Shown here piece after piece: positions 40,568-49,922 of a stretch of 64,000 bases of DNA (its first letter is position 1; every line of letters begins with the position of its first letter). The notes beneath the pieces are model-generated. The model saw only the letters and a program-made list of their open reading frames with translations. It made no database searches and was not told the DNA's origin. This stretch comes from Fidelibacterota bacterium (GTDB lineage Bacteria; Fidelibacterota; Marinisomatia; Marinisomatales; TCS55), in assembly GCA_046861385.1 (NCBI GenBank), contig JBHHTW010000003.1:32001-96000 (forward strand), read 5' to 3'. The translations under genes were made by a program, and so were the position numbers.

Positions 40568-43489
40568 ATGAAAAAAACTTTCAAAATTTTACTTAATATT
40601 TCTTTTTTACTATTCCTGGCTGGCTGTTCCGGTTCGGGTCAATCCCTGGTACAGTCATCCTGGGCAGAACAAACATTGAATCAATTGACTCTACGGGAAA
40701 AAATTGCACAAATGATGGTTTACCACATGAACATGCGCTTTTTAAATGAAGAAGACCCAAAATGGAAAGAGTTAAAATCACTTCTGGAAACAGACGGAAT
40801 CGGTGGCATACATATTTGGTTTGGTGATGCCGGAACTTCCTTAACACTTCTTAATGAAATACAACGACTGTCAAAAGTCCCAATACTGGTAGATGCAGAT
40901 ATTGAATATGGCCTTCATCGACGGTTTCCTGCTGGAACGGACTTACCACCCCTCATGGCCATTGCTGCTACCGGGAGCACAAAATACGCGTATGAAGCAG
41001 GGAAAATATCGGCATTGGAAGGAAGGGCATTGGGAATCCAGTGGAATTTTTCACCCGTTACTGATGTCAATAATAATCCAAATAACCCCATTATAAATAC
41101 ACGTTCCTTCGGTGAAGACCCGGATGATGTCGGAAAATATGCTGTGCAGTTTATGAAAGGTCTGCAGGACAATGGTATGTTATCTACAGCAAAACACTTC
41201 CCCGGTCACGGAGACACAGAAACCGACTCCCACACAAGCCTGGCCACTATTCCCAGCGATTCATCCCGTTTATGGTCATTGGAATTAAAACCATTTCAAA
41301 CTGTGATTGATGCCGGAGTGGATGCGGTCATGGTGGCTCATGTTCATTCACCTGATTTCCAGCCCAATGCAAATCTGCCGGCCACTTTATCCAGATTCTG
41401 GGTTACCGATGTTCTTCGGGAGAAGATGGGTTTTAAAGGTGTCATTGTGACTGATTCTATGGGAATGGGTGGCGTCACCAGAAATTACTCAGACCCTTAT
41501 GCTTTGATCCATGCTATCAATGCTGGCTGTGATTTTATTCTGCAAAATTTTAATGTAAAAAAATCAATTGATGCAGTAGAAAATGCAGTCCAAAGGGGAA
41601 TCATATTGGAAGATCGAATTAATGATTCCGCTTTAAAAATGCTGAAAATGAAAGAAAAAGTGGGTTTGCATGAACAGCCTTATATTTCTATGGATGAAAC
41701 CAGAAAAATTCTGGGAAACCACCAGTTTAAACGAACAGCAGATAAAATGGCTTCCCGATCCATTACTTTGGTGAAGAATGAGAATTCATTTTTACCATTA
41801 AGCGTTGATGAAAATGAAGAAATTATCATTATTGATATTTATGATACTCCCAATAATCATGATGAATCGATCATGACAGCAAGAATAAAACAAAATGGAT
41901 TAAAAGTCAGATCATTTCAGGTTGATGAGTCAGACAGTAATTCCTATTATAAATCGATCCTGGAAACCATACCGGATAATGCAAAAATTATTGTAAATGC
42001 ATTTGCAAGTCCTTCAGCAAGGAAAAATCGAATATTTCTACCTGAACACCAAATGGAATTTATCCGTACATTAAATCGGATGTCAAAACGGATTCTTCTG
42101 ATTAGTTTTGGAAATCCTTATTTGATTCAGGGATTCCCTGAATCTCCGGCTTATGTCTGTGCTTGGAAGGGAAGTTTGATTATGCAAAATGCTATGGTTC
42201 AAACATTGCTTGGAAGGAATGGTTTTTCCGGCATACTACCCATAACCATTCCGGACATTGCGCAGAAGGGGTTTGGAATCCCATTAAAGCAGGATTCCCT
42301 AAAATTGGAATGGACTATTTCTATTCCAGGAACAGTAATTCAACATATTATGCCTTACGAAATGGACATTGATACTAAAGAGGTAAATACATTCCTTCAA
42401 GCAGCCGTTGCGGATTCCGCATGGCCTGGCGCAGTGTTAATTGCAGGAAAGGACGGAAAAATATTTATTCATGAGGCTGTGGGATACCATACATACAAAG
42501 GAAAACAAAAAACACAGAAATCGGATATTTTTGACCTGGCATCGATCACTAAAGTGATTGCCACTACATCAGCCATTATGAAATTGGTGGAATCCGGTGC
42601 GCTTGACCTGGATGAAAAAGTGGTAACATATCTTCCGGAATTCAAGGGGAAACAAACAAAATATTTTAAACAAAAAAGTGAAACTAGTATAAAGAATTTG
42701 TTAACCCACACAGCCGGTCTCCCACCTTTTAAACAATATTATCTCATGAATGGAGATATCCATTCGCGGCTGGACAGTGTATTTAACACAGAGCCGATTC
42801 TAGGGTTGGCGGAAAAGACGGTTTATTCGGATATTGGTCTGATTACTTTGGGAAAAGTGATTGAAAGGGTGAGTGGATCTACACTGGATGAATGGGTGGA
42901 TTCTCTTGTGTTCCGGCCATTGGGAATGAATACAACCTTTTTTAATCCACCGCGTGAAAAACTTCATCGAATTGTTCCAACAGAAATAGTCGATGGATAT
43001 CGTAAAGGATTAATTCATGGGGAAGTCCACGATGAAAATTCCTTTAGTTTGGGTGGTATTACCGGGCATGCAGGACTTTTTTCCACGGCAGAAGATTTGG
43101 CAATTTTTTCCCAAATGATGCTTAATGGAGGATTATATGATTTTCACCGGATATTTGAAGAAGAAACAGTAAATTCATTCACCACGAAAGCCAATGTGGT
43201 AGAAGGCAGTTCGCGGTGTCTCGGTTGGGATAGCCCGGAAGGAAAAGCATCTGGTGGTGTGTACCTGAGTGATAACAGTTTTGGTCATACTGGATATACA
43301 GGAACATCATTATGGATTGATCCGGAAAACCAAATGTTTGTTATTCTACTGACGAATGCGGTCCATCCAAACCGTTCTTGGAAAGATCCAAAATATTATG
43401 ATTGGAGGCAACTGATTCATTCAGCTGTTTACACAGCGGTTGGAATTACTGAAAAAAATCCTAAACTAGATTGGAGAAAAGATTGGTGA
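40568..43489 (+). CDS. GH3 beta-N-acetylglucosaminidase (NagZ-like) fused to a beta-lactamase-family serine hydrolase; lipoprotein
   Basis: Lipobox LAGC; KHFPGHGDTETDSH and VTDSMGM (GH3 NagZ); ASITK (SxxK), YSD and GHTG in the C-terminal domain. Confidence 0.92.
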   Translation: MKKTFKILLNISFLLFLAGCSGSGQSLVQSSWAEQTLNQLTLREKIAQMMVYHMNMRFLNEEDPKWKELKSLLETDGIGGIHIWFGDAGTSLTLLNEIQRLSKVPILVDADIEYGLHRRFPAGTDLPPLMAIAATGSTKYAYEAGKISALEGRALGIQWNFSPVTDVNNNPNNPIINTRSFGEDPDDVGKYAVQFMKGLQDNGMLSTAKHFPGHGDTETDSHTSLATIPSDSSRLWSLELKPFQTVIDAGVDAVMVAHVHSPDFQPNANLPATLSRFWVTDVLREKMGFKGVIVTDSMGMGGVTRNYSDPYALIHAINAGCDFILQNFNVKKSIDAVENAVQRGIILEDRINDSALKMLKMKEKVGLHEQPYISMDETRKILGNHQFKRTADKMASRSITLVKNENSFLPLSVDENEEIIIIDIYDTPNNHDESIMTARIKQNGLKVRSFQVDESDSNSYYKSILETIPDNAKIIVNAFASPSARKNRIFLPEHQMEFIRTLNRMSKRILLISFGNPYLIQGFPESPAYVCAWKGSLIMQNAMVQTLLGRNGFSGILPITIPDIAQKGFGIPLKQDSLKLEWTISIPGTVIQHIMPYEMDIDTKEVNTFLQAAVADSAWPGAVLIAGKDGKIFIHEAVGYHTYKGKQKTQKSDIFDLASITKVIATTSAIMKLVESGALDLDEKVVTYLPEFKGKQTKYFKQKSETSIKNLLTHTAGLPPFKQYYLMNGDIHSRLDSVFNTEPILGLAEKTVYSDIGLITLGKVIERVSGSTLDEWVDSLVFRPLGMNTTFFNPPREKLHRIVPTEIVDGYRKGLIHGEVHDENSFSLGGITGHAGLFSTAEDLAIFSQMMLNGGLYDFHRIFEEETVNSFTTKANVVEGSSRCLGWDSPEGKASGGVYLSDNSFGHTGYTGTSLWIDPENQMFVILLTNAVHPNRSWKDPKYYDWRQLIHSAVYTAVGITEKNPKLDWRKDW

Positions 43490-43539
43490 TTGGTAGAGTA
43501 GTAACTAGTGGATTGGTGAGTAGTGGATTGGTTGTTGGT
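43481..43539 (+). repeat. Heptamer tandem array (GATTGGT/GAGTAGT/AACTAGT), about 8 units
   Basis: GATTGGT GATTGGT a GAGTAGT AACTAGT g GATTGGT GAGTAGT g GATTGGT TGTTGGT, read directly. Confidence 0.85.
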
Positions 43540-43567
43540 GGAATAGAAACTCGTAGAGAGGTAAGCG

Positions 43568-43855
43568 GTGAAGTTTAAAGATATTGAAGTAACTAAAACT
43601 GGTTTTATAAGTGAGCCGGATCGATTTAGGTTAGATGATTTTGAAGTCTATAAACTGGCTCATAGGTTTAGAAAGAAATTATCTCCAATGATAAATCAAT
43701 TACCTGAAAAGGAAAAATACAAATTAACAAGCCAAATGCGTGATGCAATCATTTCAGTGACCAATAATATTGCAGAAGCACATGGACGTTGGCATTATAA
43801 AGAATCAATGCTTATTTCAATAACCAAAAAAGTCAAAATAACAAATAACCAATGA
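43568..43855 (+). pseudogene. Four-helix-bundle protein (23S rRNA IVP/TIGR02436 family), probably internally deleted and frameshifted
   Basis: FEVYKLA..LPEKEKYKLTSQMRDAIISVTNNIAEAHGR signature. The sequence diverges after HYKE, while a family-like C-terminus RINAYFNNQK lies in another frame (43801-43848). Confidence 0.78.
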
Positions 43856-43917
43856 ATACTCACCAGTTACCACTCGCCAGTTACCGCTCACCAGCTACCG
43901 CTCACCACTCACCAGTA
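43841..43917 (+). repeat. Heptamer tandem array (ACCACTC/ACCAGTT-like), 11 units, inverted relative to 43481-43539
   Basis: ACAAATA ACCAATG AATACTC ACCAGTT ACCACTC GCCAGTT ACCGCTC ACCAGCT ACCGCTC ACCACTC ACCAGTA, with exact 7-nt period. Confidence 0.9.
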
Positions 43918-44733
43918 TTATTATTTTTTACTTTTTACTTTTTACTTACCATTGGATATTCGAATCAGGACAATTGGGTGAGTTCGCTGCCAAAACCCTG
44001 GAGTTTAAATGAAGAGCAAATATCAGAAATTTTACCCCAATTTTATCAGCATTATCCCGATTTTCATGACCGCCTTAAAGCATTTGCCGTGTGGCAAGTG
44101 GGTAAACCGTACGAAATATATAAACTGGGAGATGAAGTCGAACCGGATCCTGATCCTATCATCAGGCTGGATGTTTCTGATTGTACCGTTCACGTATTGA
44201 CCAGCCTGGCCTTTTCCCAGAGTAAATCCTGGGAGGAAGCCAGATCCAATATGATAGCAATCCATTATAAAGATGGAATTCCATCTTATAAATCACGGTG
44301 GCATTATACCACTGACCGTATTCAGGAAAATCCATCTACGGTTAATATTACAGAAAAATTATTGGATAAAAACCAGTTGGAAAAAATTAACATTACTCTG
44401 AATAAAAAAGAAGATGACAGTGAATTTCTGGACTTGGATTGGGAGAAAAATACTTCTGTTTATTTTATACCGAATCAAGAAATCAATAAACAACTATTAA
44501 AAAAACTTCCGGAAGTTTGCGGTGTTGCATTTGTCAGGATAAAATATTTTAAAATTGGGATTGTAATTGCCCACGAAGGAATGATCATTGATCAACAAAA
44601 TCTGGTTCATGCATCATCGGAATATGGTGAAACTGTCAGTGTGGACTTTATGAAATATTATTTTAGGGATGATGGTCCAGTTTTTGACGGTATTATGATC
44701 TATTCATTTCATCCATTATCAGGGATCAAATGA
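43852..44733 (+). CDS. DUF1460 (AmiA-like, NlpC/P60 fold) N-acetylmuramoyl-L-alanine amidase-like protein
   Basis: GKPY..LG..D..DCTVHV, RWHYTTD, AHEG and HASS; hydrophobic signal segment. Confidence 0.8.
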   Translation: MNTHQLPLASYRSPATAHHSPVLLFFTFYFLLTIGYSNQDNWVSSLPKPWSLNEEQISEILPQFYQHYPDFHDRLKAFAVWQVGKPYEIYKLGDEVEPDPDPIIRLDVSDCTVHVLTSLAFSQSKSWEEARSNMIAIHYKDGIPSYKSRWHYTTDRIQENPSTVNITEKLLDKNQLEKINITLNKKEDDSEFLDLDWEKNTSVYFIPNQEINKQLLKKLPEVCGVAFVRIKYFKIGIVIAHEGMIIDQQNLVHASSEYGETVSVDFMKYYFRDDGPVFDGIMIYSFHPLSGIK

Positions 44734-47048
44734 TGAAATCAAGTGTAGAGAAATGTTTTTTAGAAAGATCAAATTACATTCAACAGAATACAAAAATACC
44801 TTATATAGTTGTCGAGAATTTCCCAAGACTCGGATTATTAACGTCTTTAAGATTTCTGGAATGGGTCAGTCACCATCCGGAAGGTGTTATCAGCCTACCC
44901 ACAGGAAAAACTCCTGAATTTTTCATCAAATGGACTCAACATATTCTGGATAAATGGTCTGATAAAAAAATAGAACGAATTCGTAAGAGTAACGGACTCG
45001 AAATAAATCAAAAACCGAACATGAGCAGACTTAAATTTGTGCAGATCGACGAGTTTTATCCTATTAATCCCAGGCAGCACAATAGTTTTTATAATTATGT
45101 TCAGCGCTTTTATGTATCAGAATTTGGCCTTGATGCCACTCGAGGACTATTTATGAATTGTGATGATATTCCAACTGGGGATGGGAAATCATTAATGGAG
45201 ATATTTCCTGATCAAAAAGTGGATTTATCACTCCGATACAGAGAACCGAAGTCTGAATCAGAAAAGAATCAGCAGGATACAATTTTTCTCGTAGATCAAT
45301 GGTGTACTGAATATGAATCAGCGATCCGGGAAATGGGAGGAATCGGTTTTTTCCTGGGGGGAATTGGTCCTGATGGACATATTGCCTTTAATGTTCGTGG
45401 TTCAGATCATCATTCAACGACCCGACTCATGGAAACAAATTTTGAGACCCAAGCGACTGCCTCCACTGATTTAGGCGGTATCGATATTGCCAAAAGCCGT
45501 TTGGTAATCACCATTGGTTTATCCAGTATTACTGCTAAACAAAATGTAACAGCTATTATTATGGCAGCCGGTGAAGCCAAAGCAGAAATAGTAAAAAAAT
45601 CATTAGAAATGGATCAGAATATTCAATATCCCGCCACTGTTTTACAATTATTGGAAAACAGTCGATTCTACTTAACACAGGGAGCTGCATGTCGATTAAA
45701 TGATGTGACTGATTATCATTTATCACATGATCCGTGGACGAAGGAAAATACAGAGAGGGTGGTTGTAAATCTCTGTCAAAAACTAAATAAGTTCGGTCAT
45801 AGACTCAGTGTAGAAGATTTTAAAGATGATTCTGTAGGGTTGCTCATAAAGGATATTGATGAAACGATAGTTCCCACTGTCATTCAGTCGTTTCGCAGCA
45901 AGTTAGAAAAAGCAATTCATGTTCCGGATGGCGAAACTTTTTTACATACTGGGCCTCACCACGATGATATTATGCTGGGTTATTTACCCCATATTATTCA
46001 TTTAGTGCGGTCTCCGAAAAATAGAAACTACTTCGCGAATTTAACTTCGGGATTTACTTCTGTTACTAATCGATACCTCGCGGATGTATTGAAGGAAACA
46101 GCAAAATTATTAACTGCTGGTAGAATTGAAATGACTGATTTTACAGATTTTTTTGAAAAAGGATACAATCGAAAACGAGATAAAGATGTATATCATTATC
46201 TAGACCGGATCGCTGAAGGGAATACTCAAGGACAAAAAAGAGGATTAAGCCATCGCATCGTTCGAGCCCTTGTTGAAATCCATTCCATAAAATCCAAAGA
46301 TGAATTAATTCAAAAAATTAATGAATCCGAATCCTATTTAAAAACATGCTATGATGGTCAAAAAAATCCCGAAAATATTCAAAAGCTAAAAGGGATGATT
46401 CGCGAATTTGAAGAAGAATTGGTGTGGGCTCATTACGGCGTTCAGGTCAAAGATGTTCATCATTTACGATTGGGATTCTATCAGGGAGATATTTTCACAG
46501 AGACGCCGGAAAAAACACGGGATGTTGAACCTATTTTAGCCCTTTTAAAGAAATTAAACCCAACAGTAATTACTCTAGCGTTAGATCCGGAAGGAAGTGG
46601 TCCCGACACTCATTATAAAGTATTGCAAGCCATTGCTGAAGCGGTGCGTTTATGGGGAAAAGAAACCGATTTAACTCATTTGAAGATTTGGGGTTATCGC
46701 AATGTCTGGTATCGATTTAGCCCGTGGGAAGCGGATATAATTGTTCCTGTTTCACTCAACTCCATGGCCATGCTCCGCGATACATTTATGAATTGTTATT
46801 TAAGCCAAAAGGATGCGTCTTTCCCCAGTTACGAATTGGATGGTCCTTTCTGTGATTTAACTCAAAAAATTTGGTATGAACAGCATAAGCTAATGGAATT
46901 AGTCTTGGGCAGGGATTTTTGGTACCAGAATGAACACCCCAGGTTGCGAGCAACCCACGGTCTGGTTTACCTGCGAGAATTGTCTGTCGAACAATTTTTG
47001 AGCGAAGCCAGACGATTAGAAAAATCAATCGAAGGTGAGATCGATTAA
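44730..47048 (+). CDS. nagB: Glucosamine-6-phosphate deaminase fused to a PIG-L/LmbE deacetylase-like domain
   Basis: LPTGKTP, IDEFY and GGIGPDGHIAFN; C-terminal GPHHDD and DPEGSGPDTH. Confidence 0.88.
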   Translation: MMKSSVEKCFLERSNYIQQNTKIPYIVVENFPRLGLLTSLRFLEWVSHHPEGVISLPTGKTPEFFIKWTQHILDKWSDKKIERIRKSNGLEINQKPNMSRLKFVQIDEFYPINPRQHNSFYNYVQRFYVSEFGLDATRGLFMNCDDIPTGDGKSLMEIFPDQKVDLSLRYREPKSESEKNQQDTIFLVDQWCTEYESAIREMGGIGFFLGGIGPDGHIAFNVRGSDHHSTTRLMETNFETQATASTDLGGIDIAKSRLVITIGLSSITAKQNVTAIIMAAGEAKAEIVKKSLEMDQNIQYPATVLQLLENSRFYLTQGAACRLNDVTDYHLSHDPWTKENTERVVVNLCQKLNKFGHRLSVEDFKDDSVGLLIKDIDETIVPTVIQSFRSKLEKAIHVPDGETFLHTGPHHDDIMLGYLPHIIHLVRSPKNRNYFANLTSGFTSVTNRYLADVLKETAKLLTAGRIEMTDFTDFFEKGYNRKRDKDVYHYLDRIAEGNTQGQKRGLSHRIVRALVEIHSIKSKDELIQKINESESYLKTCYDGQKNPENIQKLKGMIREFEEELVWAHYGVQVKDVHHLRLGFYQGDIFTETPEKTRDVEPILALLKKLNPTVITLALDPEGSGPDTHYKVLQAIAEAVRLWGKETDLTHLKIWGYRNVWYRFSPWEADIIVPVSLNSMAMLRDTFMNCYLSQKDASFPSYELDGPFCDLTQKIWYEQHKLMELVLGRDFWYQNEHPRLRATHGLVYLRELSVEQFLSEARRLEKSIEGEID

Positions 47049-47080
47049 TATTTTTCAATTTATTTATAATCGTTTATAAA

Positions 47081-47683
47081 ATGTCTTTTAAAATACGCTG
47101 TTATCGCCCTGATGATTTTAATGCTATTTATAAAATTTGTCTTGAAACGGGCGATAGTGGAAAAGATGCCACAGAACTGTTCAACGATCCGGATCTTCTG
47201 GGCCATTTATATTCAGGACCCTATGTTATCCTTGAGCCGGAGTCGGCATTCATATTAGAAGATGCCATGGGTCCCTGTGGCTATATTATTGGGGCGTTGG
47301 ACTCAGAATCATTCTATAAGAAAATGAATGACTTATGGCTGCCTCAAATCCGTAAAAAATATACAGATCCGAAACCGGGTTTAACCCAATGGACGAAAGA
47401 TGAAGAATTGATTCATCATTTATTCCATCCGAAGGAGCCAGTCATTTTGCCGGACTATCCGTCCCATCTTCATATTGATTTATTATCCCGGGCGCAAGGC
47501 CAGGGACAGGGGAAAAAAATGATGGACCATTTCTTTCAATATTTAAAAGTAAATCATTCCAAAGGAATACACCTCGGTCTGAGTATTCATAATAACAGGG
47601 CGTTTCATTTTTATAAACAATACGGAATGACAGAATTATTTCGCAATTCAGACGCCATTATTATGGGGTTTTCTTTTGAGTAA
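47081..47683 (+). CDS. GNAT acetyltransferase resembling the O-GlcNAcase C-terminal AT-like domain
   Basis: IRCYRPDD..YKICLET, LYSGPYVILEPESAFILED, YPSHLHIDLL, QGQGQG and FYKQYG. Confidence 0.82.
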   Translation: MSFKIRCYRPDDFNAIYKICLETGDSGKDATELFNDPDLLGHLYSGPYVILEPESAFILEDAMGPCGYIIGALDSESFYKKMNDLWLPQIRKKYTDPKPGLTQWTKDEELIHHLFHPKEPVILPDYPSHLHIDLLSRAQGQGQGKKMMDHFFQYLKVNHSKGIHLGLSIHNNRAFHFYKQYGMTELFRNSDAIIMGFSFE

Positions 47684-49115
47684 TCTTTTCAGGAAGATAT
47701 TATCTTTCGGAAAAGTCCATCCCCTGTTTTCTTTCCTATCCTTTCTGATCGCCGGGTTAAATATCTTTTTCCACATTCCTGTTCAGATTATTAATGCAGT
47801 TACTTTTTTACCGGAAACTCAGTTCAATATTCACATCAGCTGGATCAGAATATTAGTGGAACCCTTTGTGGGTTTTCCTCTCTTCCTCTTACGTTCTAGC
47901 CAAGCCCTCGAAGAATATTTTGTGATTTGGCTGTGGCTGTGTGTCATATTTGGTATTTTACTCATCCTTAGGTGGAAAAATGAATCCTACTTTCAGCCCC
48001 TGAAACTGTTTGTTCTTTCCATTCCTGCCATGGTCGGCATAGCATTATTCGTGTTGGTATGGATGGTTTTCTGGCCTTTGCCTGCAAATCGAATCGTAAA
48101 TCATTCTGAAAATATGATTTTATTCAATGCCCATTCCCATTCCCATTTTAGTCATGATGGGTTAATGATCCCTGAAGAACTGATGAAGTGGCACGAGAAA
48201 AACGGATTTGATGCTTTTTTCCTTACGGAACACAACCATAATCCGGAAACATTGAAGCTGGTTCATCGGCAAGAAACGGGTCAATTATCTCAAACGCCAC
48301 ATATCATAACAGGCATTGAATTCTCCGGAAGTAACCATTTATTATTATTAGGCCTGACAGACACCCTGATTACATTTGGGAAACAGGATACATTTGCCAT
48401 CAATGAAACCCATCGGCAGGGGGGACTGGTTGGCGTCGCCCATTGGTTTGACGGCCAAAAAAAATCATTAACCCACTACTTGGATACCGGTATAGACGGA
48501 TTTGAAATTGCCAATCAAAATTTAATCTCGTACCCGAAAGAAATCCATGATAAAATGGTAAGGTTATGCCGGGAGAATCATTTATTTCTATTAAGTAATG
48601 CTGATTACCACGGTTATGGGCCGACTTGTAATACATGGAATGGGCTGGAAATACCTCATTGGAATGATTTAAACCACCGGAAAAAAACAGAGGTCATCTT
48701 GAAAGGGCTAAAAGAAGGCAAAACAAAAACGTTGTTCTACCATGACCGTGCGAATACGATTCAGGGTAATATTTGGATAAGTCCTTTATATTATTGGTTG
48801 AACTACTTCAGGGGATTGAACGGCTGGCAGCTTTTTTCCTGGCTTCTGTGGAGTCTGTGGATATTGTATAAAAAAATAAATTGCAGTCCCCGGCGCATGA
48901 TGATCTGGATTCCATTCATAGCAGGAATCTCATTATTTATCCAAGGAGAAATACTCCTTTCAAGATCAGGGGATGTCCTGAAAACCAATGAAATTTATTT
49001 AGAATATGGACATTTACTTTTTAATTCAGGATTGGCATTATTCATCGCCGGAGCAATCCTTTTTATCTTATTCAAACGGTTTCCCCAATGGGTCCGAGTG
49101 CCTGATCGTTATTAA
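47676..49115 (+). CDS. Membrane-anchored PHP-domain metallophosphoesterase
   Basis: HSHSHFSHDG, TEHN, AHW, GFEIAN and NADYH, flanked by TM segments. Confidence 0.8.
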   Translation: MSNLFRKILSFGKVHPLFSFLSFLIAGLNIFFHIPVQIINAVTFLPETQFNIHISWIRILVEPFVGFPLFLLRSSQALEEYFVIWLWLCVIFGILLILRWKNESYFQPLKLFVLSIPAMVGIALFVLVWMVFWPLPANRIVNHSENMILFNAHSHSHFSHDGLMIPEELMKWHEKNGFDAFFLTEHNHNPETLKLVHRQETGQLSQTPHIITGIEFSGSNHLLLLGLTDTLITFGKQDTFAINETHRQGGLVGVAHWFDGQKKSLTHYLDTGIDGFEIANQNLISYPKEIHDKMVRLCRENHLFLLSNADYHGYGPTCNTWNGLEIPHWNDLNHRKKTEVILKGLKEGKTKTLFYHDRANTIQGNIWISPLYYWLNYFRGLNGWQLFSWLLWSLWILYKKINCSPRRMMIWIPFIAGISLFIQGEILLSRSGDVLKTNEIYLEYGHLLFNSGLALFIAGAILFILFKRFPQWVRVPDRY

Positions 49116-49922
49116 TCCACCAACCATTTTTCGTTAAAAACGGCGTGCATGATAGTTTTGCCCTGAGAATTGTGGTAAGTATAAGTCAAATGGAGGTTTC
49201 CATCATTCGTTTGAATCAGTGAAGGGTAAGAAAAACTTTCTGATAAATCATTGGATAACCCGATATGACGTGTTCAACCCCAGGATTTGCCTTCGTCGTC
49301 AGATACAGACACAGCCCAGCTGTTTCGATTGTTTTCCGTGTCATTATACACCATCATCCAATGCTCATTATTTAGAACAATCACTTCCAGGCTGGAACCG
49401 GGGTTTGGAATGTCCGTATCGATAGCGAAAGACCAGGATTCTCCTTCATCGACTGATTGACTAATCATCACCCGTTGGGGAGTACTTCCACCGTCTCTTA
49501 AATAGGCGGTAATGGTTCCATTCTTTTTCACGGCCAATGTCGGTTGAACAGGGCCAAGTCCGATGATCGGAGAACTGGCTCTCCATGATGCCCCTGAATC
49601 GTCACTGATGGCCATGAGAGAGATATTGAACCCATCCGAATACAAGGGAAGTAATATTCTCCCGGAAGAAAGGATAGTGGGATGAATTCGGGTCATCCAA
49701 CCTTTCTGGCGTTTTTCCTGATCAGATGCCGCCTCAGTAATGAGTCTTTCGTAAGGCAAAGCGTACTGGGCCCAAACAGGATCAGTGTAATGATCTTCGA
49801 AGGCTTTTTTAATTAAATGATAAAAAGAATCACCCGGTTTTAATATAATGATATCCTGCCATTCCCATTGGGGGACGCCTTTTTGGTTGTAACGGGTTGA
49901 TGTCTTAACCCTCAGAATTGAA
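49112..49922 (-). pseudogene. BNR/Asp-box exo-alpha-sialidase-like pseudogene (5'-truncated, internal TGA)
   Basis: Asp boxes SDDSGASW, SVDEGESW and SDDEGKSW. The frame continues past TGA 49274-76 (TRHI..SYPSLIQT..LHLTYTY..KWLVD*) to 49112. No plausible native start. Confidence 0.82.

Noticed and set aside
43568-43855. Diversity-generating retroelement or 23S rRNA intervening sequence
   Set aside because: No reverse transcriptase, TR/VR pair or rRNA sequence was seen in the window.
43841-43917. CRISPR array
   Set aside because: These are contiguous 7-nt units without unique spacers, and no cas genes are present.
49274-49276. TGA recoding (Trp, Gly or Sec) in the sialidase-like frame
   Set aside because: TGA is an ordinary stop in many intact genes here (e.g. 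584, 775, 43489). The gene is also 5'-truncated and the site is not a Cys position, so a nonsense mutation is simpler.
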